A DNA stretch of 64,000 nucleotides, from positions 3,360,001 through 3,424,000 of the forward strand of contig OZ243972.1 of the NCBI GenBank assembly GCA_965214705.1, given 5' to 3'. The stretch is from Alphaproteobacteria bacterium (GTDB lineage Bacteria > Pseudomonadota > Alphaproteobacteria > UBA828). The notes beneath the pieces were generated by a model that was given only the letters and a program-made list of their open reading frames with translations, was not told the origin of the DNA and ran no database searches. Below, one piece after another: positions 9,935 to 19,139 of the stretch (the first letter of the stretch is position 1; each line of letters starts with the position of its first letter). A program made the position numbers and the translations under genes.

Positions 9935-11600
9935 GTAACTGCCCAGGTCGCTTACTGAGGTGATTCCGGTGTTGGGGAGTTCTTGCCCGGTAGGCTCACG
10001 CGCACTTGACGGTGGCGATGAGCCGATCCGATGGGCTCATCAGGGCTTCGATGATGTTCCAGCCCTGCTTTCTGGCGGTGGTGATCACGCTGCGCAGGAT
10101 GGCGAAGTTCTCGGCCCCCTTTGCGGATCGGAAGCCGCCGGAGATCTTCTGGCGCAGCTTCATCATCCGCAGGTCGCGCTCGGCCTCGTTGTTGGTGAAC
10201 GCCACTTCGGGGTCGGTCAGGAAGCGGAGAACCGCGCATTTTCGATCGCGCAGGCGCAGGGCGAGGTTGTGGCCGATCCGCCGCTTCCTGCGTCCTCGCT
10301 TTCCGGGCTTGGGAGGCGAGAGCGGCGGCTGGCTCTCGTGGAAGGCCAGCGCCTCGGCAATGATCTCGTCGTAGCGGCGCTCGATCAGCGCCACAAGCCT
10401 CGCCGGAACGGCGATATCCTTGTCCTGCGCGATCCGGGCGGCGCGATTGGCCCGGCGCAGGAGCTGCTGCATGCGTCCGGCCCAGCCTTCCCCTTCGATG
10501 TCCACCAGCGCCTGCAACTCCCGCAGGTGGTGGGCGTTGCACAAGCCGTGCTCCACCCCCTCCAACGTGAAGTACGGCTTCCAGTGATCGTGAACGACGA
10601 TGCCGGAAACACCCGAGAGCAGGTCGCCGCGCCTGGCGCTGACCCGGAATGCCGCCAGATGCGGCGTGCAGATCACATGGAGCCACTGCGTCTGCCCGCC
10701 AATCCGGAACCCGGTCTCGTCGAGGTGCTTCACCCGCGCCGTGCCCGCCGCAAGCTCCTGTATGTGGGTGGCAACTCCCCGCAGCCGATCGGCCGCCCTG
10801 TCGCTCATCGCCGCCAGTGTCGCAGCCGTCACCGGCGCGCCGAACAGCTCGGCCATCACCTGCGACAGCCGGTCCTCCGGCAGGAAGTGGGCGTGCTGAA
10901 GGTAGACCGCCACGCCGGCAATGCGCGACCCGTACTGCACCGGCGCCGACACCCCCTCGGGGAACGCTGCACGGGTCAGCGTGCCGCAATGCCCGCAGCA
11001 CTTGGCATGCGCCCGGTGCTCGGTCACCTCCAGCGCATGCGCCTCGGGCAGGTCGAAGACCTGGCGGGCGTGCGACACCCCTGCCGTGGCCGCCGCCGAC
11101 AGGGACGAACCGCATCCCTCGCAGGCAGCCGGAACGTGGTTCTCCACCCGGTCCGGGTGATCCGTGCGGCGCAACGTCTCGCCCTTGTGGCCGGGCTGAC
11201 CGCCCGGCTTGCGCCCCGATTTGCCCCGCTGGCTTTGGGTTCGCCGCTTGGCCCTCGGCTTCTTCAACCCATCGCTCGACGGCGGCCTGGCGCTGTTGCG
11301 ACTGCTCAGTCCGAGACGGCGTTCCAACTCCTCGATACGCTCGACAAGACGCGTGTCTTGTTCCTCCAGCCGCGCAATCTGCTGCCGAAGCCAGGCGTTC
11401 TCCTCCTCCAGGCGAGCGATCTTCTGCTCGGAACTTTCGGGCTGTGCCCCCGTCGAAGGGCCGCGCGGCGACTCGGGATTGGTCATGTCGTTGTTGATTC
11501 ATTTTCCGAAACTCCCGTCAAGCCCTTCGCGTCAATTCCGAGCGAACCGCACCTCAACTCACTGGTCCAAAATGACAAATCAGACAACCTGGGCAGTTAC
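9935..11600 (-). mobile_element. IS66-family single-ORF element (ISBst12-like group), 1666 bp
   Basis: Terminal IR GTAACTGCCCAGGT; 8-bp TSD agagcaac at 9927-9934 and 11601-11608. Confidence 0.93.
9996..11486 (-). CDS. IS66-family transposase (ISBst12-like)
   Basis: SRNSARPPSSD, RKPGGQPGHKG, CxxC pairs, LDETG, VHDHW, CNAHHLREL, FTNNEAERDLRMMKLRQKISGGFRS. Confidence 0.95.
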   Translation of the reverse strand: MTNPESPRGPSTGAQPESSEQKIARLEEENAWLRQQIARLEEQDTRLVERIEELERRLGLSSRNSARPPSSDGLKKPRAKRRTQSQRGKSGRKPGGQPGHKGETLRRTDHPDRVENHVPAACEGCGSSLSAAATAGVSHARQVFDLPEAHALEVTEHRAHAKCCGHCGTLTRAAFPEGVSAPVQYGSRIAGVAVYLQHAHFLPEDRLSQVMAELFGAPVTAATLAAMSDRAADRLRGVATHIQELAAGTARVKHLDETGFRIGGQTQWLHVICTPHLAAFRVSARRGDLLSGVSGIVVHDHWKPYFTLEGVEHGLCNAHHLRELQALVDIEGEGWAGRMQQLLRRANRAARIAQDKDIAVPARLVALIERRYDEIIAEALAFHESQPPLSPPKPGKRGRRKRRIGHNLALRLRDRKCAVLRFLTDPEVAFTNNEAERDLRMMKLRQKISGGFRSAKGAENFAILRSVITTARKQGWNIIEALMSPSDRLIATVKCA

Positions 11601-12107
11601 AGAGCAACGAAATCCCGGCCGTGCGCGAACTCTCCGGCGGTCTCGACCTCACGGGCCGGATCGTCACCATGGATGCCATGCACGCCCTGCACGAGACCGC
11701 GCGCTGCCTCCTTGGGCGCCGTGCCGACTACGTGGTCAGCGCCGTCAAGGACAACCAGGAGACCATCCTCGAAGACCTCAAGGCGATCGACTTCAGCGAT
11801 GCGGCCTGGCACGAAACCGTCGACAAGGGCCATGGCCGCATCGAGCGCCGGCGCTGCGCCGTCGTCGACCTCTCCGCTGCCGAGTGGGACGGCTACGCCA
11901 ACCTTCACGGGCGGCGCCAGGCGATGTGCATCGAACGTGAGCGCGAGATACTCAAAACCGGCAAGCGCAGCATCGAGGTGACCTGGAGCCTGACCTCGCT
12001 TGGCGCAGAGCGGGCCGGACCCGAGGAGCTGCTCGATCTGGTGCGCAGTAAGCGGTATCGGGCCCCCATACTTCCAGCGGATCTGATTTCGGGGCTGACT
12101 CTCCGCC

Positions 12108-12563
12108 TTGACCACGAGCCACACAGGAGAGATCGCGATGACAGATTCGATTTTGGCATCTGGCGACGGTGTCGCTGTTGCTTCGGTTGAGATCCCAGCT
12201 TCTGAGGGAGCCGCCCCGGCTCCGTCTGAGCCGGCCCCCATGCGACGCTGGCCGGACGATGAGAAGGCGCGGATTGTCTCGGAGAGCTTTGAGCCGGGCT
12301 CTTCGGTTGCGGCGGTCGCGCGCCGCCATGGCGTCAGCGATACGACCCTGACCAAGTGGCGGCGGCGCGCGCGGGAGGGAACTCTTCCGGGCGCTCGGAT
12401 TGGTGGCTCTGCACCGCCATTTGTTCCCGTGGTGGTTGATAGCGTGACGTCCGAGCGGACGGTGGCGATCGAGGCGCTAGGCGTGGTCGTTCGCCTTCCG
12501 GTGGAGAGCGCGGTCGATCGGATTGTTGCGGTGGCCTCGGGCCTGGGCCGGGCGTCGTCATGA
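12108..12563 (+). CDS. tnpA: IS66 TnpA
   Basis: Same translation as 9264..9719. Confidence 0.9.
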   Translation: MTTSHTGEIAMTDSILASGDGVAVASVEIPASEGAAPAPSEPAPMRRWPDDEKARIVSESFEPGSSVAAVARRHGVSDTTLTKWRRRAREGTLPGARIGGSAPPFVPVVVDSVTSERTVAIEALGVVVRLPVESAVDRIVAVASGLGRASS

Positions 12564-12910
12564 TCGCGGCCCCCTCGCTTCGCATCGTGTTGGCGACGCG
12601 GCCGGTTGATTTTCGTCGCGGCCACGACGCGCTTGCGGCGACGGCGGCGGGGGAGCTGGACCTCGATATCTATTCCGGGGTGATCGTGATCTTCCGCTCG
12701 CGCCGCGGCGACAGGCTCAAGCTCCTTGCGTGGGACGGCAGCGGTCTGGTGATGACCTACAAGCGTCTGGAGCAGGGCCGCTTCGCCTGGCCTCGGATCG
12801 AGGATGGTGTGATGCGCCTTACGAAGGGCCAGTTCGAGGCCCTCTTCGAGGGTCTGGACTGGCGCCGGGTGAAGGCCCGCCCGGTTCGCCGCCCGCTGGC
12901 GGCGGAGTGA
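12560..12910 (+). CDS. tnpB: IS66 TnpB
   Basis: Same translation as 8917..9267. Confidence 0.95.
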   Translation: MIAAPSLRIVLATRPVDFRRGHDALAATAAGELDLDIYSGVIVIFRSRRGDRLKLLAWDGSGLVMTYKRLEQGRFAWPRIEDGVMRLTKGQFEALFEGLDWRRVKARPVRRPLAAE

Positions 12911-12976
12911 GGCGGCACGCAGGCGGGGCCGCAGATTTCGGTCGCGGTCCCGCCTGCACTTTTCCCTGGTCATGCA

Positions 12977-14719
12977 TTGGCGAATCGGATTAAGGGGTGG
13001 CCCATGCCGAAGGTCACGCCCTCACCCCTCAGCAGCGCCGGTTCGCCGTCGCCTGCGGTGGTTTCGGCGGCGCTGGCGGCCCTGCATGCGGAGCTTGACG
13101 ACGAGCGCGCGGCGCGCCGGGCGACGGAAGCAGCCCTATGCGAAGCGGAGCAGGCACGCGGCGCGGCGGAGGCGGCGAGGCAGACGGCGGAAGCGCGGGC
13201 GGCACGGCTGGAGGCCGAGAACGCGCAGAGCGCGGAGCAGATCAGCCGGCTTGAGCATCTCAACAAGGAGCTCAGGAAGGCGCTGTTCGGTCCGCGCTCC
13301 GAGAAGCTCGGCGAGGACGAGCGCCAGCTTACGTTCGAGGAGTTTTGGGCGGCGATCGCTGAAGCCGGCGGTCGGCCCGAGGCAGATGACCAGGAGCAGG
13401 ACGAGGGGGCTGGCGGCAAGCGCCGGCGGCGCTCTTCCCGGGGGTCGCGCAGCGGGGTGCGCTTCGGGCCCCAGGTCGACCGGCGCGAGGAGGTGATCGA
13501 GCCGGACACGATCATGTGCCCCTGCGGCTGCGGCGAGATGACGAAGATCGGCGAGGACCGCAGCGAGCGGCTGGACTATGAGCCGGCGAAGTTCACCGTC
13601 ATCGAGACCGTGCGCCCCCGCTACGCCTGCAACAAGTGCAAGGGGGGCGGGGTGGTGCAGTCGCCGGCGCCGGCCGCTCTGGTCGAGGGCGGCCTTCCCA
13701 CCGAGGCTCTTCTGGCGCAGGTGCTGATCGCGAAGTACGGCGATCATTGCCCGCTCTATCGCCAGTCGCAGATCTACGAGCGCTCGGGGATCGAGGTTCA
13801 CCGTGCGACGCTGGCGACGTGGGTGGGCCAGGCGTCGTTTCACCTGCGCCCCGTGGTCGCTTGCCTGGAGGATGAGCTGAAGAAGTCGGATCACCTGGGT
13901 CTGGACGAGACCACGATCCGCGTTCTCGACCCGGGCCGGGGCAAGACGAAGACGGGCTACATGTGGACCCTTGTGCGTGACGAGCGCCACTGGAGCGGCA
14001 CGGACCCGCCGGGCGTCGTCTATCGCTATGCGCCCGGCCGCGGCGGCAAGTATGGCGCCGAGCTTATGGAGGGCTTTTCGGGGACGGTGCAGCTCGACGG
14101 CTACTCGGGCCACAACATCCTGGCGCGGCCGGACCGGGCGGAAGGCCCTGTGACGCGGGCCCTCTGTTGGGCGCATGTAAGACGGAAGCTGAAAGAGGTA
14201 TACGACTCGAGCGCATCGCCGATCGCGCTGGCCGGTCTGAATCGGATCGCGAAGCTCTATGCGATCGAGAAGAAGATCCGGGGCAAGCCGCCGGCGGAGC
14301 GCCGCGCGATCCGTTGGGAGGAGTCGGCGCCGATCGTGAACACCTTCGGTGTCTGGCTCGACGAGCAGCGCTCGCGCGTCTCACCGCGCTCGCGTCTCGG
14401 CGAGAAGCTGACCTATATCGCCAACCAGTGGGACGGGCTGCTGGAGTTCCTGCACGACGGTCGTGTCGAGATCGACTCGAACCTGGTGGAAAACCGAATC
14501 CGGCCGCTGAAGCTCACCGCCAAGAACGCGCTCTTCGCCGGCAACGACGAGGGTGCGCAAGCCTGGGCCCGCATCGCCTCGCTGATCGAGACCTGCAAGA
14601 TGAACGGCGTCGAGCCCTACGCCTGGATGCGGAGCACGCTCGAGAAGATCGCCAAGGGCCACCCGCAGTCGGGCATCCAGGAGCTTCTGCCGTGGAACTT
14701 CCAGCCCGAGGCAAAATGA
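12977..14719 (+). CDS. tnpC: IS66 transposase TnpC
   Basis: Same translation as 7108..8850. Confidence 0.95.
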   Translation: MANRIKGWPMPKVTPSPLSSAGSPSPAVVSAALAALHAELDDERAARRATEAALCEAEQARGAAEAARQTAEARAARLEAENAQSAEQISRLEHLNKELRKALFGPRSEKLGEDERQLTFEEFWAAIAEAGGRPEADDQEQDEGAGGKRRRRSSRGSRSGVRFGPQVDRREEVIEPDTIMCPCGCGEMTKIGEDRSERLDYEPAKFTVIETVRPRYACNKCKGGGVVQSPAPAALVEGGLPTEALLAQVLIAKYGDHCPLYRQSQIYERSGIEVHRATLATWVGQASFHLRPVVACLEDELKKSDHLGLDETTIRVLDPGRGKTKTGYMWTLVRDERHWSGTDPPGVVYRYAPGRGGKYGAELMEGFSGTVQLDGYSGHNILARPDRAEGPVTRALCWAHVRRKLKEVYDSSASPIALAGLNRIAKLYAIEKKIRGKPPAERRAIRWEESAPIVNTFGVWLDEQRSRVSPRSRLGEKLTYIANQWDGLLEFLHDGRVEIDSNLVENRIRPLKLTAKNALFAGNDEGAQAWARIASLIETCKMNGVEPYAWMRSTLEKIAKGHPQSGIQELLPWNFQPEAK

Positions 14720-15243
14720 CTCGCGCGCTCACGGCGCTCCTCAAGAAATCCCCGTCGTAGTCAAGCCAGATTCCGGTATGGGGTCTGCGTACCGCTTACG
14801 GTGCGCAACCACTGGCACATCGAGAACCGGCTCCACTATGTGCGTGACTTCACCTACGACGAAGACCGTTGCCGGGCATACGTGCGACACCTGCCCAGAA
14901 ATCTGGCCTGCTTGAGCAATGCGGCCATCGCCATCGTGCGCTACGACGGCCGCTTCCGCTACATACCCGAGGCCAACCGGCACTACGCCGCCCGCGCCCA
15001 GGAGGCCCTCGACGCGATCATGATCGCGCCCATCGGCTGATACCGCCCCCCACCGACACGCATGCACGTGCCGCAGGGCGGCGCGGCGAAACCGCTCCGC
15101 CCGTCCAGGCCGAAAACGCCGCCCGACCGCTTCGAGCAACCACCGTGACGTCGGTCAGGCAGGCTCGGGGCTCCCCCAAACCACCAGCAGCGCGCGCGAT
15201 CTCACTCATCCCGAGCCCGCAGCGCGACTAAAAATTGTTCCTG

Positions 15244-15580
15244 GCCGAGGGTTATCTGGCGGCGGCGGAACAGCACGTAGAGGCGTACAGGGTGCTCGAA
15301 CGTCATGCCGGCGAGCGCGGCGTTCCCGTTGCCCGTCCCGACGCCTGGCCCCGGTGGCGCGAAACGGCCGAGCTGTTGGCGGACACCGGCAATGCCGTCC
15401 TCGCCAACGACGAGAGGTACGGCGCATATCTCGACGCGATCGCCGCCGGAAAGCCGCGCGCTCGCTTGACGGTCGAGCAGCTGCGCAACCGGCTCGACGA
15501 GAATCGCACGCGTGCGGCGAAGCCAGAGGCGCCGGTGACCCGGCGCGAGCCAAAGCCGGGGGAGCACGTGGGATTCGCGC
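15244..15580 (+). pseudogene. Continuation of the TraA-like gene after ISAs1
   Basis: Reads ...AREIAEG|YLAAAEQHVEAY... across the TSD, in the frame of ORF 4966..6093. Confidence 0.75.
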
Positions 15581-15594
15581 ACCTCAGGAGATCG

Positions 15595-15933
15595 ATGATG
15601 ATCGAGAAAGCGGCCAGTGCGGCGAAGGGTAGCGCGCTTCGCCAGCGGATGATGGATCAGATGCGCATTGCCAATCTGGCCGAGAGCACGCAGAGCGCCT
15701 ACATCTTCGAGATCGACCGGCTGGCCAGGCACTACGGCGCTTCGCCGGCCGGTCTGGACGGCGAGCAGCTGCGCGGCTTTATCCTGACGCTGATCGACCG
15801 GGGTCTCAGCCCGTCTTCGACCAACTCCACGCTCGCGGCCTTCAGGTTTCTCTATGTCGAGACGCTGGGCTGCCCCGAACGCGTGGCCGGGCTACGCAAT
15901 CGCAAGAAGCCGCAGGCGCTGCCGCGCCACATA
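15595..15933 (+). pseudogene. Tyrosine recombinase N-terminal SAM-like fragment (type often paired with IS91-like transposases)
   Basis: AGGAG RBS, LRQRMMDQMRIANLAESTQSAY, LSPSSTNSTLAAFRFLY, KKPQALP; truncated before the catalytic domain. Confidence 0.8.
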
Positions 15934-15975
15934 TGTGGGGTGCCGGATCGCTGGACACTTTACGGGCAATCCATT

Positions 15976-16012
15976 GTAAGCGGTACCCAGATCGCCTACT
16001 GGAATCTGGATT
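15976..16012. mobile_element. Isolated terminal relic of a related IS66
   Basis: gtaagcggtacccagatcgcctactggaatctggattg aligns with the copy A end gtaagcggtacgcagaccccataccggaatctggcttg. Confidence 0.7.
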
Positions 16013-16090
16013 GGCCGACTTCGACTTCGCTGGCTCGCCGGTCAACCAGCCCCTGATTCCGGAACTCGCTACGGGCGGCTTCCTCGAACC
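16011..16090 (+). pseudogene. IS21 IstB fragment
   Basis: LADFDFAGSPVNQPLIPELATGGFLE resembles the IstB segment preceding Walker A. Confidence 0.55.
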
Positions 16091-16262
16091 TCTGCGCGAG
16101 GCAGCCCCGTCGCTCGCGCCCGGGACGACCCCCACGATCGCTTATGGGTCGGCAAGGAAAACAATATTGGAATCTCCCATCCCCACAGACGAAATCGAGG
16201 AGAACCGCCCTCGCAGTGAACGTCGCTGTTCCTGCGAAAACATGGAAGCAGGGGATGAGACC

Positions 16263-16448
16263 ATGAGGATTGCATCCGTTCTTCGGAGGCTCCGAAAGTG
16301 GCATGAAGACAGCCTTACAAGGAAAACGCTCTCTCGCTTGAGCGATCGCGACCTCGCCGACATCGGCCTCTTGCGGAGCGACGTCGATCCGGGATTGATC
16401 GGCGATGCCGAGCGCGCAAGACGGAACCGCTGGTACGGCGAATGGTAA
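16263..16448 (+). CDS. DUF1127 (YjiS-like) small protein
   Basis: W....TRKTLSRLSDRDLADIGLLRSDV signature; 61 aa from ATG 16263. Confidence 0.8.
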   Translation: MRIASVLRRLRKWHEDSLTRKTLSRLSDRDLADIGLLRSDVDPGLIGDAERARRNRWYGEW

Positions 16449-16461
16449 CTTGAGGGCGACA

Positions 16462-16815
16462 GAGCCACTTGCAGAATTCCGCATTTGAGCGGGATTTTGC
16501 CGCCGTGGCGGTCAGATTGTCCTGGAAATCGGGACCGCTCTCTGTTCCTGTCGGGTTTCGGACAACGTCGACGGAGAGGGCGGCCCCATGTCGCTGGGAC
16601 AGACACTATCCGGATTCTGGCATCACATTCAAGCGGGTCTTTTCCCGTGGCTTGAGGAGGAGCTCGGGCCGCTCGGCGAGAGGTACCGGCGCTTCGTCAC
16701 CGTGCTTGAGCTTGCGCGGGTCGAGAGCTTCCTTCCCCATTTCCATGGCCTGCCCGGTCGGCCGGTCGAGGATCGGGCGGCCTTGGCCCGCGCCTTCATC
16801 GCCAAGGCGGCGTGG
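16462..16815 (+). pseudogene. IS1182/IS5-like transposase 5' remnant with probable left end
   Basis: IQAGLFPWLEEELGPL...FVTVLELARVE...GRPVEDRAALARAFIAKA from 16588, truncated; end-like gagccacttgcagaattcc. Confidence 0.6.
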
Positions 16816-16877
16816 TCCTTAGTTCGATATTACTGGAGTGCGTCAGGTAGTGGAGTGGATCGTTTTCTCTCCTGCAT

Positions 16878-17368
16878 CACTAGTGTCCCAACGTTTTCGA
16901 AGCTGGTGCGGTTAACAGATTGATATTCGTTCGAGAAATCCTGTTCAAGGGAGTCACCGACTTGAGATCGTAGCGCCGGGGGTGTAATTCTCGTATGGCG
17001 ATGATTGACTCTGCTTGATCCATGAGTTCCTGCGGTGCGGAGCATCCTCACCTCCCGGTCACGCCCACTGTCGTGACAAAATCCTGCCCTGGAACGGGCG
17101 ATTGTCACGAAACTACGATTTCGCCTGTTTGCCTCGACCCATGAACCGCGTTGTATCAATGGCTTACGATTGCCATACGAGAACTACACCCAGCGCCGGT
17201 CCGGCACGCTTTTCCTGTCCAACATGTATCAGGAGAGGATGGCCGATGTATTCCGGCAAGCTGGTCTTCGCGCAAATCATGGAACACCTACCCTGGCACA
17301 GTTTCCGTCGCTGCGTGGCCCGTTACAACGGAAACCGCAAGATCAAGTCGTTCACCTGCGCGGATCAG
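16878..17368 (+). pseudogene. IS4-family (DUF4372-type) 5' remnant
   Basis: End CACTAGTGTCCC at 16878; ORF from 17246 MYSGKLVFAQIMEHLPWHSFRRCVARYNGNRKIKSFTCADQ, cut by an IS3-like end at 17369. Confidence 0.75.
16980..17191 (-). mobile_element. 212-bp MITE related to the ISKra4/ISLre2-like element at 38589
   Basis: IRs gggtgtaattctcgtatggcgat / attgccatacgagaactacaccc; 8-bp TSD agcgccgg at 16972-16979 and 17192-17199; interior matches about 38660-38710 in reverse complement. Confidence 0.85.
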
Positions 17369-17761
17369 TGAGGTGGCCCCGGAAAATCGGACAGCGATGG
17401 TGTGCACTTACATTAGCGAATATCTGGCGAGCGCACCGTGACGTAGGGTTGCAGTTTCCTCCTGTATGTTGGTTATCATACAGTGGGTTATGGTTGACGT
17501 CAAGAACGGTTGGGCCGAGCCTGGAGAACACATTGGCTGATCTTGTGTCACTGGGTCGTTGCATTCGGGGAAACAGGTTGTGGAGTTTTCCGTGGAGCGC
17601 TGGTATGGTCTTGGCATCCAATGTGGCTCGCTATGTAAGGACATAATAGAGACATAGGATCGTGGCTATGATGAATTCCATAGGAATATCATGACACAGT
17701 CTACGTCGTCATGCAGCTGCGTGTCGCAGTCTCCACAGGCCTTGCCGGACGGATGGCCGCG

Positions 17762-17938
17762 ATGAGGGAGGACGCCGGCGGACGCCGCCAGCGCGCGGTG
17801 ATGGCGACCGATGCGGAGTGGGAGCGAGTCGGCCGGGCGGCGGCGGCGAGCGGCATGGACCTGTCGCGCTTCGTGATCCATCGCGCCCTGGACCGGGACC
17901 CTCTGCCGCCGGAGGCGCCTTCGACGTGCTCTTTGTAG
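17762..17938 (+). pseudogene. Truncated RHH/MobC-like ORF (paralog 2)
   Basis: RRQRAVMATDAEWERVGRAAAASGMDLSRFVIHRAL..DPLP aligns with the ORF at 31215(-), which runs on further. Confidence 0.6.
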
Positions 17939-17974
17939 CCTCCAGCCCGCGGTGCCCCGGCTTGCCGCATTGCC

Positions 17975-18847
17975 TCACTCCGTTTCAACCTCGATCAGCA
18001 GCCGACAGTGGTCGCTTGGTCCCCATTCGTGGGGCCTGTTGAGCGCGCACACCGTTACCCTCTCATGGAACCCGCGCGAGGCGATGGCATAGTCGAACTG
18101 GCGGTTGGCCTCTTCCGGAGGGCGCCCGTTCCGTACCCACGTCGGCACGTTCTTCGTATCCGCCGGCACATCGGGTTGAGGCCCGGGAGGCTGCCATCCG
18201 TCCGGCGCCTGCGGGCCCAGGAACTCAAGGCCCAGCGTCGCCACCCGGTCCCAGAACGCCTTCTCGCGCTCGGGCAGCGCCAGGGTATTGCCCGTCGCGC
18301 CATAGATCATGTTCAGATCGCCCGCCGCGAGAATGCGGTGTCGGGACGGATCCTCGTGGCCGATGAAGGCCGAGATGTCGGAGAGGATGCGATGCGCGGA
18401 CACGTCGGGCGCGCCGACCCGCCACGGCGTGCCTGTCGACGGGTGAGGCTTCATGTACCGCGCATACATGGAGACCGCGATGAACGCGTCCTCCTTCGGC
18501 CGGCCGCGCGGCGTCACGCTGGCGGCTGCGACGGTTCCGATGCCGCTCACGGCAATGTCATGCTCGCCCAACTCGCTGATCGGCGGGACCGCCCTGAACC
18601 ATTCGACCTCCACCCGGTCGGACAGCTGCACGACGAGCGGCCAGCGGTCATAGAGCGGGCGGCCTTCGTATTGCTCGTGCCTCCAGAACTCGTCGCTCCC
18701 GCATGGAACGGGATGGGCCAGATCGGGGGGCGGATTCCCTGCCTCCTGCAACAGCGCGACATCGGCTTCGCCCCGGCGCGCCATCTCGACCAGCACGTGC
18801 CACGGCGGCCATTTCTTGAAGATATTCCAACTCACGACCCTGATCAT
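17975..18847 (-). CDS. Endonuclease/exonuclease/phosphatase (EEP) family protein
   Basis: RVVSWNI, DVALLQEA, ILAAGDLN, FDYAIAS, GPSDHC. Confidence 0.88.
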   Translation of the reverse strand: MIRVVSWNIFKKWPPWHVLVEMARRGEADVALLQEAGNPPPDLAHPVPCGSDEFWRHEQYEGRPLYDRWPLVVQLSDRVEVEWFRAVPPISELGEHDIAVSGIGTVAAASVTPRGRPKEDAFIAVSMYARYMKPHPSTGTPWRVGAPDVSAHRILSDISAFIGHEDPSRHRILAAGDLNMIYGATGNTLALPEREKAFWDRVATLGLEFLGPQAPDGWQPPGPQPDVPADTKNVPTWVRNGRPPEEANRQFDYAIASRGFHERVTVCALNRPHEWGPSDHCRLLIEVETE

Positions 18848-19139
18848 TCGGCCAAGCCCCTTCGTGCGAATGGAGGCGCTCCATGTTCAGCCACGCGCGC
18901 GGAGCGCACTATGCGGCGCTCGCTCGGTCGTTACACTGCGTTTCACGGTCGCGCTGGTGTGGCCTTTGCCTCTCCAGGACGCAGCACCTCGATCAGCACC
19001 GACGCCAGTTCGGTACGCTTTACGCCGAACCGAAATCCTGAGTCAGGCATTTTCCGCCATGAATTGTTTGCCTCTCTTCGTGCCTTGGTTCACTTCCGTC
19101 AGCCATCTATAGTGCATCCATCCGGTTATTGGCGCGCGG

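Larger units (their letters stand above)
12048..14799 (+). mobile_element. IS66-family element, copy B (2752 bp), inverted and apparently identical to copy A
   Basis: Same ends and identical translations in the ORF track; its own 8-bp TSD ggtgcgca at 12040-12047 and 14800-14807. Confidence 0.95.
6050..15040 (+). pseudogene. DUF4338 (DruA-like) + ISAs1 transposase split into four pieces: 6050-7027, 9788-9934, 11609-12047, 14808-15040
   Basis: The pieces join in frame to 598 aa. DUF4338 motifs LIANNSRFVIL, LLAETFVD and GTCYRASNW; ISAs1 DDE motifs MDGKDLRG, KSNEIPA, TMDAMH and RNHWHIENRLH. Confidence 0.9.
5972..15243 (+). mobile_element. ISAs1-family element with a DUF4338-fused transposase, carrying three nested IS66 insertions
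   Basis: 10-bp direct repeat gccgagggtt at 5962-5971 and 15244-15253. Ends CAGGGCGAATTT / AAAATTGTTCCTG. TraA coding resumes after 15244. Confidence 0.92.

Noticed and set aside
7028-14799. IS66 composite transposon as the origin of this block
   Set aside because: Each copy has its own TSD and the enclosed DNA is the host ISAs1 gene in register, so these are independent insertions.
15235-16056. 273-aa TraA-integrase fusion protein
   Set aside because: It is a chance in-frame joining of a traA remnant, an integrase fragment with its own RBS, and IS ends.
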